Below, piece after piece: positions 36,100 to 45,764 of a stretch of DNA of 64,000 nucleotides. Numbering within the stretch: the stretch's first letter is position 1; each line of letters opens with the position of its first letter. Both the position numbers and the translations under genes were made by a program. Origin of the DNA: a virus (taxonomy: Duplodnaviria > Heunggongvirae > Uroviricota > Caudoviricetes); the IMG/VR virus record IMGVR_UViG_3300045988_149737; one strand, given 5' to 3'. The notes under the pieces were generated by a model. The model was not told where the DNA came from and ran no database searches. It saw nothing but the letters and a program-made list of their open reading frames with translations.

Positions 36100-37659
36100 C
36101 TAATCTCGTTTCAGAACTCCAAAATCGAATGCTCCATCAATAGGCAATACACCTTCTGCAAAGCCAGGTGTGGTGTCGATGATGTGTTTTCGCTCATAAG
36201 AGTGAGACAACAGGTATTTGTTGCTAATGTCAATGAAATCAGTGATAAAACACACGTTTGCCTGATTTTTTTTTGCTCGTAAGCCACGACCGACACGCTG
36301 TCTCATTTCAACTTCTGCTTTCCCACCACCAGCAAGAATGACCGCACCAACGCTTGGCACATCAACACCGACATCCAGAATAGTCGAGCCTATTAAAACA
36401 TCTATTTCACCAGACGCTAAACTATTCAGCTTTGCTTGCCTTGTCGTCTGGTTAGATTCCCCATAGATGAAATCAACTTTAAGACCTGACTCCTTCATCA
36501 TCTCCATCAGGATTTGCCCGTGGCGTTTAAGACGAACCAGAGTCATGCAGTTGAGTGAATGTTGCTTATAAAGCAATGCCTCGCGCACTATGGCCTCGTT
36601 ACGTCCCAAATTATACACGATCCCCAACTGATAAGCCTTTTGGTAGGCGGTGCTCATACCAACTCTAAAATTGAGGTGTTTGTTGGCAAGTTCGGCCTTG
36701 ATTCTGGCCTCGTCTGGCTTGTAGGCAACTTTATGATAAAGGAAGTACGGCTTTGCCAGAATGCCTCGATCAATCAGGTACTTTTCTGTGACTTTAATTT
36801 CAATTCGCCCGGCCACCGCCATCAGGCGCATGTTGGCTTCCGTCGAATCCTTCATGAACGGCGTGGCTGTAAGCGCCAGACGATAGTCTGCGTTCACACA
36901 TAATCTGGCGATGTCATAGAAATTTGAGCCTGAAGACTCATGCGCCTCTTCCAGAATAAGAAGAGAGACACTTGAAAGGAAGCGTTTCACCAACTCCCGA
37001 CGTTTGAGGTGGTAGCTTTTCTTATCTGGTGTTGCATCGCGTGGTGGTTCTTCGAGGAAACTTGCAAGAGTTTGAACTGTAGCGACGTTGATATGTCGTG
37101 ATACCTGGAACTCACCCGAGCCAATGACTCCAACCTTTTGGTCTTTTAACCACGGTTCGCCATTTTCGGCGCGGTAGTCGATGGATCTCTGGAAGTTTTC
37201 GGCCATTTGAAACATCAGAACAGAGCGGGTTGTTAAAAATAATGTCATTCGACCGATACGTGCAGCTGCTTTGCAGGCAACGTTAGATTTCCCGCCACCA
37301 GTAGCGATCTGCGCAATCATCATTCCCTCTCGAACCAGTGTTTCCACAGTCTGATCCTGATACGCATAATCAGGATTGTATGGGAATGGGTTAACCGCTG
37401 GATTTGGTTTACCAAGCGCCGGGGCTTTGTCTTTGCGGATATGAACACATTTGATGCCCGCCTTGTTCAAGTTCGCCGCTACAGGCTTGGCAAAGCCAGC
37501 AGGGAACGAGTTTTTACTCCAGTTGAACATCGTGCTTGTGCCCTTCCAGTCGCCAGTCTCGACTTCGTAGCTCAACATTTGCTGCACCAGTTGCTTTACC
37601 TTGTCATCTGCGCCAGAAATAAGCGCATTTACTGCGTTAGATACAATCCGAACAGTCAT
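36100..37659 (-). CDS. superfamily 2 helicase (DEAD/DEAH-box-like)
   Basis: Walker A IATGGGKS, motif II LILEEAHE, motif III TATP, motif VI RVGRGLR; RBS aaggaaagagg. Confidence 0.8.
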   Translation of the reverse strand: MTVRIVSNAVNALISGADDKVKQLVQQMLSYEVETGDWKGTSTMFNWSKNSFPAGFAKPVAANLNKAGIKCVHIRKDKAPALGKPNPAVNPFPYNPDYAYQDQTVETLVREGMMIAQIATGGGKSNVACKAAARIGRMTLFLTTRSVLMFQMAENFQRSIDYRAENGEPWLKDQKVGVIGSGEFQVSRHINVATVQTLASFLEEPPRDATPDKKSYHLKRRELVKRFLSSVSLLILEEAHESSGSNFYDIARLCVNADYRLALTATPFMKDSTEANMRLMAVAGRIEIKVTEKYLIDRGILAKPYFLYHKVAYKPDEARIKAELANKHLNFRVGMSTAYQKAYQLGIVYNLGRNEAIVREALLYKQHSLNCMTLVRLKRHGQILMEMMKESGLKVDFIYGESNQTTRQAKLNSLASGEIDVLIGSTILDVGVDVPSVGAVILAGGGKAEVEMRQRVGRGLRAKKNQANVCFITDFIDISNKYLLSHSYERKHIIDTTPGFAEGVLPIDGAFDFGVLKRD

Positions 37660-37706
37660 AAACCTCTTTCCTTAGTGCCTTTTGTATGTTATTTGGCTAT
37701 TATAAT

Positions 37707-37722
37707 AAGTAAGTGATTACTT
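37707..37722. promoter_or_regulatory. palindrome AAGTAA-gtga-TTACTT (family 2) in divergent intergenic region
   Basis: Between minus-strand helicase and plus-strand ParB-like gene. Confidence 0.4.
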
Positions 37723-37741
37723 AGTGGATTGTAGCAATAAA

Positions 37742-38422
37742 ATGGATGTAAAAATCACGATTTTGCAGGTTGATGTTGCCAACCTTCGCCCGAATACCTG
37801 GAACACCAATTCGGTTGGTGCGCAGAATTTTGAAAAACTGAAAGGTTCTATCGAAAAATTGGGCTTTTTTAAGCCAATTTTGGCTCGTGAACTTGAAGAT
37901 GGATTTTTTGAAATCCTCGGCGGCGAACATCGCTGGCGTGCCGCTATTGAGCAAGGAATTTCAACGGTTCCGGTGCTTTCTGTGGGCAAAATTAGCGATG
38001 TCGTAGCTAAACAGATGTCACTGGTGGACAACGAGCGATACGGTGAAGACGACCAAATCGCATTGCAACGCTTCATTGAAGAAATTCAGTCAGAACTTGA
38101 CTATCAACTGTCTGAAATCGCCCCGTATGACGACGAAATCTCGATGGTTTTAGCAAAAGAGGCTGCAATCGACCTTGAAGCACTGGAGGCGTTGTCTCGT
38201 GGTAGTGATGAGCCTGTCGATACCGACAAACGAGAGAAAACCGAACGTGTGGGTGCGGAACATCAGACCATGCGCTTCAAAGTAACTTTCGATGCGTCAG
38301 ATCGTGTTGCAGAAACCATAAAAAACATCATCAAAGAGCAGGCTATTAACACCGGTAATGAAATGGAGAACGCTGGTGAGGCTCTGGTGTGGCTGGTCGA
38401 CTACTACAAGGAGCGTATGTAA
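37742..38422 (+). CDS. ParB/Srx-like N-terminal domain protein 1
   Basis: FEILGGEHRWRAAIEQGISTVPV matches the ParB N-domain arginine-rich motif; ATG at 37742 (ORF track GTG at 37724). Confidence 0.7.
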   Translation: MDVKITILQVDVANLRPNTWNTNSVGAQNFEKLKGSIEKLGFFKPILARELEDGFFEILGGEHRWRAAIEQGISTVPVLSVGKISDVVAKQMSLVDNERYGEDDQIALQRFIEEIQSELDYQLSEIAPYDDEISMVLAKEAAIDLEALEALSRGSDEPVDTDKREKTERVGAEHQTMRFKVTFDASDRVAETIKNIIKEQAINTGNEMENAGEALVWLVDYYKERM

Positions 38423-39090
38423 TGACCAAAAAGTTTGAAATCGTATATCGCGACCCGGCAGATCTTATTCCCTATGAGATGAATGCCAAAAAGCATGATG
38501 AACAGCAGATCAGAGATCTGGCCGCAGCCATTAAAAAGCGCGGATTTGACCAGCCAATTACGGTCGATAAGAACGACGTAATTATTACTGGCCACGGCCG
38601 CCGTGAGGCTGCAATTTTTGCTGGACTTGAGCGTGTACCGGTTATTGTTCGTGATGATCTGAGTGATGACGAGGTACGTGCAAAGCGCCTTGAAGATAAC
38701 CGACTTGCCAGCATTGATTACGATGCAATTAAGCTACAGAAAGAGCTTGAGTCGCTTGTTCTGGACGATATCGAGGTTTTCGGCTTTGAAGAGCGTGAGT
38801 TGAATGTTCTTGTTGGCAGTATGACAGAAGAAATGGACACCGACTCGCTAGTTATCGATCTTGGCGAAGAAACTAAACGACAGAAGGATGAACACACCGA
38901 GATCAGTCGCGAAGTTGCAGCGGAAGAAGTACGTGTTGTCGACGTATTGGGCTTTAAAACGCTTCCTGCTGGCTCTGCCATTGTTGTTGGTGATTTGCTT
39001 GCCCACATGGAAGAAATGACGGGAGAAAGCGGGGTAGACGCATTTGTGGCATATGCGGAGAAGATCTCTTCCGGGGAGATGGCTGCATGA
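38422..39090 (+). CDS. ParB/Srx-like N-terminal domain protein 2
   Basis: IITGHGRREAAIFAGLERVPVIV; taATG overlap with upstream gene, RBS aaggag. Confidence 0.7.
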   Translation: MTKKFEIVYRDPADLIPYEMNAKKHDEQQIRDLAAAIKKRGFDQPITVDKNDVIITGHGRREAAIFAGLERVPVIVRDDLSDDEVRAKRLEDNRLASIDYDAIKLQKELESLVLDDIEVFGFEERELNVLVGSMTEEMDTDSLVIDLGEETKRQKDEHTEISREVAAEEVRVVDVLGFKTLPAGSAIVVGDLLAHMEEMTGESGVDAFVAYAEKISSGEMAA

Positions 39091-39725
39091 GCAAATACAT
39101 CATCAACGTATCGTTTCAGACTCGCGTAAATAAAACCACGCGCACGCTGGAAATCGCCGAGTCGTTCGGGCTTGGTCTGGACGAAAAAGAGTGGGCGCTT
39201 TACGACAATCTGGAGCTGGAAGTAAAGCAGGGCGATGTGGTGTACATCACCGGCCAATCCGGTTCAGGTAAATCCGTTGTGTTGCGCGAGCTGCAACGCC
39301 AGATGAAGGATGAAGGGCTTTCTGTAGCTTCTATTGATGACTTTACCTTCGATAATGAGGTTAACGTCATTGATCAACTGGGCAAAACTACCAGTGATGC
39401 GCTTGGGTTGTTATCTATGGCCGGATTGAATGACGCCTATCTCTTTGTGCGTAAGCCATCCGAGATGTCTGACGGCCAGAAATACCGTCTCAAGATCGCC
39501 AAGCTGATCGAGTCCGGCGCGAAAGTCTGGGCTGCCGACGAATTTGGCGCTGTTCTCGACCGTGTAACCGCCCAGGTTGTGGCGTCGAACCTCCAGCGTG
39601 CCGCCCGTAAGGTTGGTGCGACGGTAATGGTGGCGACGACCCACGAAGACCTGAAGAACGCGCTGCGCCCGGATATGCAGATCACCAAGCACTACAAAGA
39701 ACGCGTGAAGGTGGAATATGCCTGA
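39087..39725 (+). CDS. soluble ABC-type ATPase
   Basis: Walker A GQSGSGKS, signature-like SDGQKYR, Walker B/D-loop VWAADEFGAVLD, H-loop TTHED; no permease gene adjacent. Confidence 0.7.
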   Translation: MSKYIINVSFQTRVNKTTRTLEIAESFGLGLDEKEWALYDNLELEVKQGDVVYITGQSGSGKSVVLRELQRQMKDEGLSVASIDDFTFDNEVNVIDQLGKTTSDALGLLSMAGLNDAYLFVRKPSEMSDGQKYRLKIAKLIESGAKVWAADEFGAVLDRVTAQVVASNLQRAARKVGATVMVATTHEDLKNALRPDMQITKHYKERVKVEYA

Positions 39726-39972
39726 TTTGAAGATCGTAGAGCTGAAGCCATCGAAAGAGGCTGACAACAACAACGTTGAAGTCATCCGCCTGCTGGAAGA
39801 AGCACTCCAGTACGCCAGAGAAGGCAAAAGCCAGAGCCTGGCACTGCTGATGATCAACAACGACGGCAGTGTGCTGGATTGCTGGCATAACGGTGGGCGT
39901 CCATACGTCATGGTTGGGGCGATGGAATCGCTTCGCCTGGACTTCATCAATGCCAATATCGAGCGTAGGTGA
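39718..39972 (+). CDS. hypothetical small protein
   Basis: 84 aa; start overlaps upstream stop. Confidence 0.4.
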   Translation: MPDLKIVELKPSKEADNNNVEVIRLLEEALQYAREGKSQSLALLMINNDGSVLDCWHNGGRPYVMVGAMESLRLDFINANIERR

Positions 39973-40868
39973 TCGACATGACAGGCATCATCATCAAACG
40001 CTACCGCCCGGAAGAGTTCCCGCGTCATCTGGACTTTCTGGAGCGTATGACCGTTACCAAAGGCACGGTTGAAGACTGGCACGCGCTGAAGTCGCTGCAC
40101 TACAAGACGGATGGTAAGCCGTTCGCGCCAACGTATTATCGCTGCGAACTGGACGACCGGCTGGTGGGCGTAGTGGTTATGGCTTACCCGAAACTGCTGC
40201 TGGCGCCTCGCCATCGCATGTTTCCTAAGCTGAAGCCAACCACCAATACCACCGTGGCCAACCAGTATTGGGGCCGGTACGTGAACAACAACTTTGCCGT
40301 GATCAGCCGTTCCGTTGTTGACACTCAGTACCGCGGTGTCGGCGTCTCCTATCGAATGATTAACCTGGTTAGCAGGATGCACGACCGGCCAATCATCGAG
40401 ATCCAGTCGTCGATGAGCAAATACAACCCGTTCGCCATGAAAGCAGGGTTCCAGTTCATCCGTCCGGAGCGTCCGAAGAGCTATGAGAGTGCGTTGCGCG
40501 TCTTCCAGCGTCATTTCCGTTCTGACCCTGGCGACAACGAAGCGATCGTCAAAGAGCTGTTCGCCATGAGTGAGTCTCGCCGTCGTCGTGCGCTGCGTGA
40601 TCTGGTCGCTGACTACCACAAGAACAGTTCCCTGGCCAAAGCCGGGCGTAATCGTGGCACGACGATTCAGGACATTGCCGACAGCCTGGTGGACGAGGCC
40701 AGCATTGTGAAGCTGCTCAAGGACATTCACAACCTGAGCTTTACGTCTCCGTTGTATGGTGTGTACCGAAACCCTGACTTTGGTCGTCGACTGCCTGACA
40801 CGCTGCCACTGCTGGCATTCGACAAACAACCTTTGGATAAACCGTTAGAAATTGCTTTACCGGCATAA
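39969..40868 (+). CDS. hypothetical protein, possible GNAT-like fold
   Basis: VVDTQYRGVGVSYRMINLV resembles the GNAT acetyl-CoA-binding motif; weak. GTG start, alternative ATG at 39978. Confidence 0.4.
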   Translation: MIDMTGIIIKRYRPEEFPRHLDFLERMTVTKGTVEDWHALKSLHYKTDGKPFAPTYYRCELDDRLVGVVVMAYPKLLLAPRHRMFPKLKPTTNTTVANQYWGRYVNNNFAVISRSVVDTQYRGVGVSYRMINLVSRMHDRPIIEIQSSMSKYNPFAMKAGFQFIRPERPKSYESALRVFQRHFRSDPGDNEAIVKELFAMSESRRRRALRDLVADYHKNSSLAKAGRNRGTTIQDIADSLVDEASIVKLLKDIHNLSFTSPLYGVYRNPDFGRRLPDTLPLLAFDKQPLDKPLEIALPA

Positions 40869-40877
40869 GGATTTGCC

Positions 40878-41144
40878 ATGACGTTAACCGATAAACAAAA
40901 GGACATCATCAAAACGCTCAATCTAGGTTATGAGCGAGGTCATCTACTTGATCTGGACGAATTGCTTGAAGTTTTGCCGTACAAGACAACAAAGCAAAGT
41001 ATCCAGTTCTCAATTCGCGCTCTGATAAAAAAGGGGCTGGTGGAGAAAGGGCATACGCGCCAACGCATTGACAATCGCTATCACCGCCGAACTCTTGGGT
41101 TAACCACTTTAGGTCGAGCCAAAGCGAAGTTACTGGTGATGTAA
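40878..41144 (+). CDS. hypothetical small protein, possible winged-helix DNA-binding
   Basis: 88 aa; RBS aagga. Confidence 0.4.
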   Translation: MTLTDKQKDIIKTLNLGYERGHLLDLDELLEVLPYKTTKQSIQFSIRALIKKGLVEKGHTRQRIDNRYHRRTLGLTTLGRAKAKLLVM

Positions 41145-41166
41145 TCGGTCTGGGAGCTTATTTAAA

Positions 41167-41225
41167 GACCTGCTTCTGTATATATAAATAATAAGTAACT
41201 TATTAAATATATACGGAAGCAGGCT
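41167..41225. repeat. long inverted-repeat hairpin element, copy B
   Basis: cctgcttctgtatata ... tatatacggaagcagg; near-identical arms to copy A at 11474-11532. Confidence 0.6.
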
Positions 41226-41340
41226 TAATAAGACATGCCCAGACCTAATTAAACACCCCAGAAAACAAGTTGGTTAGCAGATGCAGTAAACAAGTTGTTT
41301 TAGAGCGCATGGACGCGCTCTGTGTGTTTTAGAGGGATCT

Positions 41341-41973
41341 ATGACGGTCGAAAAAGACGAGGTAAAAACTCGCCTGACACCAGCGGAGTGGGCCGAAGCT
41401 GAAGCCAAATGGACGTCAGGCGAATATACACTCTCAAAGCTGGAGGAAGAGTACGGCATTCGTCGTGAAACACTCTCCAGACATTTCAAAAAGCGAGGAT
41501 TAGAGAAAGGCGCGGACTCTGTTGGGAAGATGGTTCGTGAGTCTCTTAAATCTGACGCAGAGCTTCGCGCTAAAGCCCGTGCGGAAAAGATAGAAGAACG
41601 TCGTACACGTTATGACGGCTGGGCGTATGCGTTGGGGCAGATGGTGATGGTCGAAGTCACTACGGCCAAACGTGAGGGTAAGCCTTTAGGGGCGATTGAG
41701 GATTCTCTCAAGAGCTTACAGAGAGCAAGTAATACCCTTGCAAAATGCTTTGAAGTTTCGTCCAAAGCATTGGGCATGGATCATGCGGAAAATGACGAGG
41801 AAGAAATTCCGAACCTGGTATTTGGTGAGCTTACGCCTTCCCAGGTGGCGAAATTACGTCAGGAAGACGACGAGCCTGAAATCATCGATGACGAATTGCT
41901 TGAGACGTTGGAAGAAGAAGCTCTAAGCGAATTTGATGCGACAGATGATGGAAGTGAAGGGGAGGACGAATAA
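41341..41973 (+). CDS. putative terminase small subunit
   Basis: 210 aa immediately upstream of terL; N-terminal helix-turn-helix-like segment; acidic C-terminus; two family-1 operators and a hairpin upstream. Confidence 0.55.
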   Translation: MTVEKDEVKTRLTPAEWAEAEAKWTSGEYTLSKLEEEYGIRRETLSRHFKKRGLEKGADSVGKMVRESLKSDAELRAKARAEKIEERRTRYDGWAYALGQMVMVEVTTAKREGKPLGAIEDSLKSLQRASNTLAKCFEVSSKALGMDHAENDEEEIPNLVFGELTPSQVAKLRQEDDEPEIIDDELLETLEEEALSEFDATDDGSEGEDE

Positions 41974-43229
41974 TGGCAATCCCGTCCTCGCTCAGTCTTG
42001 TGCAACTGCATTCTGGACAGATGAAAGTCTTCCAGTCTCCGCATCGATTTAAAGTTGTTTGTGCTGGTCGACGCTGGGGAAAATCCCGGTTGTCGATCTC
42101 CACTATTATTCGTGCGGCGGCAAAGAAAAAAAAGCAAAGGGTCTGGTATGTCGCTCCTACTTACCAGATGGCTCGCCAGATTTTGTGGGACGATCTACAG
42201 GAAGTTCTGCCTCGTAAGTGGGTTAGGAAAAAGAACGACACCACGATGACAATCGTGTTGAAGAACGGTTCGGAGATCGCTCTCAAAGGTGCTGATAAGC
42301 CTGACACTCTGCGCGGCGTAGCGTTGCATTTTGTAGTGCTTGATGAATTTCAGGATATGAAGGCTGACACCTGGTACAAGGTGTTACGACCTACTCTTTC
42401 ATCGACACGCGGCGGTGCACTGATCATTGGTACGCCAAAAGGCTTCTCGGAATTTCACAAACTGTGGACTATAGGCCAGAACGTAGAGCTGCAAAGAAAG
42501 GGACAGTGGAAGAGCTGGCAGTTTGTAACTGCCGATTCTCCGTTTGTGCCTACGGCGGAAATTGAAGCTGCTAAGAACGATATGGATCCTAAATCGTTCG
42601 CTCAGGAGTACCTGGCGAGCTTTGAGAACATGTCCGGGCGCGTTTACTACCCGTTCGATCGTAACGTGCATGTAAAACCGCTTCAGTTCAACCCTCGGTT
42701 GCCTATATGGGTAGGGCAGGACTTCAACATTGACCCGATGTCTTCCGTAATTTTGCAACCTCAGCCAAATGGTGAGCTATGGGCAATTGATGAATTGGTG
42801 CTCTTTTCCTCTAACACGGCAGAAGTTTGTGATGAGCTTGAGAGACGCTTCTGGCGCTGGAAATCACAGATAACGGTATTTCCAGATCCGGCAGGTGCTT
42901 ATCGCCAACATGCTCGCGGGGAGTCTGACGTCGACATATTCAAAGAGAAGGGATTCTTACGTGTCGATTATTCGAAAAAGCACCCGCCAATTGCGGATCG
43001 TGTTAATGCTGTTAACCGAATGCTGATGACTGCATCTGGAGATATCCGGCTGTATATCGATCCGAAGTGCAAGCATTTGATTGATTCACTGGAAAAAGTC
43101 ATCTACAAGCCTGGAACACGAGATATGGATAAGACAGGTGGCATTGAGCATAGTGCAGACGCATTGGGCTATCCAGTACATCGTAGGTATCCAGTCAAAA
43201 ACCGTGTTATTCTTGGTGGTTCTCGATAG
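41973..43229 (+). CDS. terminase large subunit
   Basis: 418 aa; Walker A-like VVCAGRRWGKS, Walker B VVLDEF; followed by the portal gene. Confidence 0.85.
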   Translation: MAIPSSLSLVQLHSGQMKVFQSPHRFKVVCAGRRWGKSRLSISTIIRAAAKKKKQRVWYVAPTYQMARQILWDDLQEVLPRKWVRKKNDTTMTIVLKNGSEIALKGADKPDTLRGVALHFVVLDEFQDMKADTWYKVLRPTLSSTRGGALIIGTPKGFSEFHKLWTIGQNVELQRKGQWKSWQFVTADSPFVPTAEIEAAKNDMDPKSFAQEYLASFENMSGRVYYPFDRNVHVKPLQFNPRLPIWVGQDFNIDPMSSVILQPQPNGELWAIDELVLFSSNTAEVCDELERRFWRWKSQITVFPDPAGAYRQHARGESDVDIFKEKGFLRVDYSKKHPPIADRVNAVNRMLMTASGDIRLYIDPKCKHLIDSLEKVIYKPGTRDMDKTGGIEHSADALGYPVHRRYPVKNRVILGGSR

Positions 43230-43255
43230 GTAAGTAATTATCTAAGGTTATTCAA

Positions 43256-44830
43256 ATGGAATTGAACGACAAACAAATTAAGGATCTGGTGGCGCGACGC
43301 CACCCGGAATACGAAAAGAAAAAAGAACATTGGGACTTCCTCGCCAGCACTTACGCTGGCGGGCGTGGTTGGTTTACAGACAATATCTTTCGTTACTTTA
43401 AAGAGGGAGATCAGGAGTTTAAGGAGCGAGTTGAGCGTGCTTATCGCTTCAACCACACTCGTGAGGTGGTAAACCTCATCAACAAATATCTCTTTAAAGA
43501 AGACATTCATAGAAATATCGAAGAGGCACCAGAGCAGATCCGCAATTTCTGGAAACGTGCGACTCGCCAGAATGCCTCTATTGACTCATTTATGGCCGCT
43601 ATTGATTTGCAGTCGTCTATTTACGGTCGCATATGGGTTGTTGTCGATAGCACGATGAGTGGTGATGTTGAGTCAGTAGCTGACGAGAAAAAGAAAGATG
43701 CTCGCGCCTACGCCTACTGGATTTCACCTCAGCAAATGCTGGATGTGGCATGGGACGACGACGGGAATATGTTGTGGGCGTTAATTGTGGAAGTCGCTCG
43801 TGATGACGAAGATCCTTTTACTTCTACAGGTCAGGAATACCAACGTTATCGTCTGTGGACACAAAACGAGTGGTATCTGTTCCGTGAGGAAGTGAAGAAG
43901 GGCGCTGGTGGAGCAGGTCGCCGTCAGGCAAAAGTTATTTTAGAGGACAGCGGCGCGCATAATCTCGGCGTAGTTCCTGTGTTTCCTGTTGATTGTATTG
44001 GAGAAAGTGAATCACCGTATTTCAGCCCATCGTTGATCGATGATATCGCTTATCTTGATCGTGCGGTTGCAAACTATCTGTCAAACCTTGATGCCATTAT
44101 TCAGGATCAGACATTTAGCCAGTTGGCTATACCGGTACAGTCGCTTTTACCTGGTGATGAAAACCACACTAAAGTGCTTGAAATGGGCACAAAGCGAGTC
44201 TTCACCTACGATTCTGAAGGTGGAAACCAGCCGTTTTATCTGTCACCAGACCCGAAACAAGCTCAGATGATCATCACTACGATTAAGACGGTGATTAACG
44301 AAATCTACCATTCAGTTGGTGTAGCTGGTGAGCGAACGAAGCAGGACAACGCACAGGGAATCGATAATTCATCTGGTGCCGCAAAAATGTATGACTTCCA
44401 GCGTGTAAATAGCTTGCTTGTCACAAAAGCAGAGCGTCTGGAAAGGGCTGAACGCCAAATCATGCTACTGGTTGCGAAATGGATGGGGGTAGATCTGAAC
44501 GAAGACCACTCTTTAATTGCGTATCCAGAAAGTTTCGATATTCGTGGCCTTACTGATGAATTTTCTGTTGCCGAGAAACTGTCATTACTTCAGGCACCGG
44601 ACTCTGTACGTCGTCACCAGATGGAAATGCTTATTGAGAAGATTTTCCCGAACATTACTGAGGCGATGAAAAAGGAATTTGATAAAGATCTCTTGAATTT
44701 TCCGCCAAAAAATGATCTAAATACCCTTGAAAATAAGTCAGTACTTACTTATGATCGTGGTGCAGCCCAAGAAAGCGGGCAAGATCAACCCCGAGGGAAT
44801 GGGGACTCATCTACTCAAGAGAACGAGTGA
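43256..44830 (+). CDS. portal protein
   Basis: 524 aa between terL and scaffold/capsid genes; assignment by position and size. Confidence 0.7.
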   Translation: MELNDKQIKDLVARRHPEYEKKKEHWDFLASTYAGGRGWFTDNIFRYFKEGDQEFKERVERAYRFNHTREVVNLINKYLFKEDIHRNIEEAPEQIRNFWKRATRQNASIDSFMAAIDLQSSIYGRIWVVVDSTMSGDVESVADEKKKDARAYAYWISPQQMLDVAWDDDGNMLWALIVEVARDDEDPFTSTGQEYQRYRLWTQNEWYLFREEVKKGAGGAGRRQAKVILEDSGAHNLGVVPVFPVDCIGESESPYFSPSLIDDIAYLDRAVANYLSNLDAIIQDQTFSQLAIPVQSLLPGDENHTKVLEMGTKRVFTYDSEGGNQPFYLSPDPKQAQMIITTIKTVINEIYHSVGVAGERTKQDNAQGIDNSSGAAKMYDFQRVNSLLVTKAERLERAERQIMLLVAKWMGVDLNEDHSLIAYPESFDIRGLTDEFSVAEKLSLLQAPDSVRRHQMEMLIEKIFPNITEAMKKEFDKDLLNFPPKNDLNTLENKSVLTYDRGAAQESGQDQPRGNGDSSTQENE

Positions 44831-44851
44831 TAAGTAACAAAGGGAATTTTT

Positions 44852-45739
44852 ATGAAACTGTGGCAAATGCTTTTGGCCCGTCGTGGTCTGATGGATGTTG
44901 CTGAAGCGCATGAGCGTGGGGGCGCTGGCGGTGTAGCTGCTGATAATGAGCAGAGTACACAAGATCCTGACAAGCAGGGTGAACAAAAAGAGCAGCCGAA
45001 GGGTGATGACGAATACGCTGGCATGACTCATGAAGAGTTACTGGTCGAACTTCGCAAAACCAAGAAAGCTGGTGCTGAACTGCTGAAAGAGAACATGAAG
45101 CGCAAAGAGAAAGAGCGCACATTGGCCGATCAGCTTGCTCAGTACGGTGATATCGACCCGGCGCGTGCTCGCCAGCTTTTAGAAGCTGAACAGGCCGCAG
45201 AAAACGCACGTCGTGAGGCGGAGCAAGCTGAACTGGAGCGTCGTGGTGAGTTCGATGCTGTTAAAAAACAGATGATCGAAGCACACCAGGCAGAGCTGGC
45301 ACAGCGTGACGAACGTTATGCAGCACTGGAAAGTGAAAACGCATCACTGAAATCTCAATTAGTCGAGATGACCGTGGGCGCTTCCTTCAGTAACTCTCTC
45401 TTCCTACGTGACAAAGTTCTAATGACTCCGGCAAAAGCCCGCGTGATCTACGGTTCTCATTTTGAAGTGGGTGAAGACGGTAGCGTAGTGGGTTATGACA
45501 AACCGGCAGGTCATAAAGAACGAGCTGTTCTGGTTGACGGTGAAGGTAAGCCGTTGCCGTTTGAATCCGCGATTGAACGCATTGTGCGGGCAGATCCGGA
45601 AGCTGACGCATTGATGCGTAGCGAAGCCAAGCAGGGTGTAGGCTCACATTCCAAATCGACCTACACAATATCCCAACCGAAGAACAAGTCGACTATGGAT
45701 AAGTTGGCCTCCGGTCTGGGGAAAATTGGACTTAAGTAA
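44852..45739 (+). CDS. putative scaffolding protein
   Basis: 295 aa, charged helical stretch (QLLEAEQAAENARREAEQAELERR); between portal and capsid genes. Confidence 0.5.
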   Translation: MKLWQMLLARRGLMDVAEAHERGGAGGVAADNEQSTQDPDKQGEQKEQPKGDDEYAGMTHEELLVELRKTKKAGAELLKENMKRKEKERTLADQLAQYGDIDPARARQLLEAEQAAENARREAEQAELERRGEFDAVKKQMIEAHQAELAQRDERYAALESENASLKSQLVEMTVGASFSNSLFLRDKVLMTPAKARVIYGSHFEVGEDGSVVGYDKPAGHKERAVLVDGEGKPLPFESAIERIVRADPEADALMRSEAKQGVGSHSKSTYTISQPKNKSTMDKLASGLGKIGLK

Positions 45740-45764
45740 CATCTAAATCAAAGGGAATTGATAG

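Noticed and set aside
39411-40829. 472-aa minus-strand ORF
   Set aside because: Antisense to the coupled ABC ATPase / GNAT-like genes; Arg/Gln/Val-rich product typical of antisense frames in GC-rich coding sequence.
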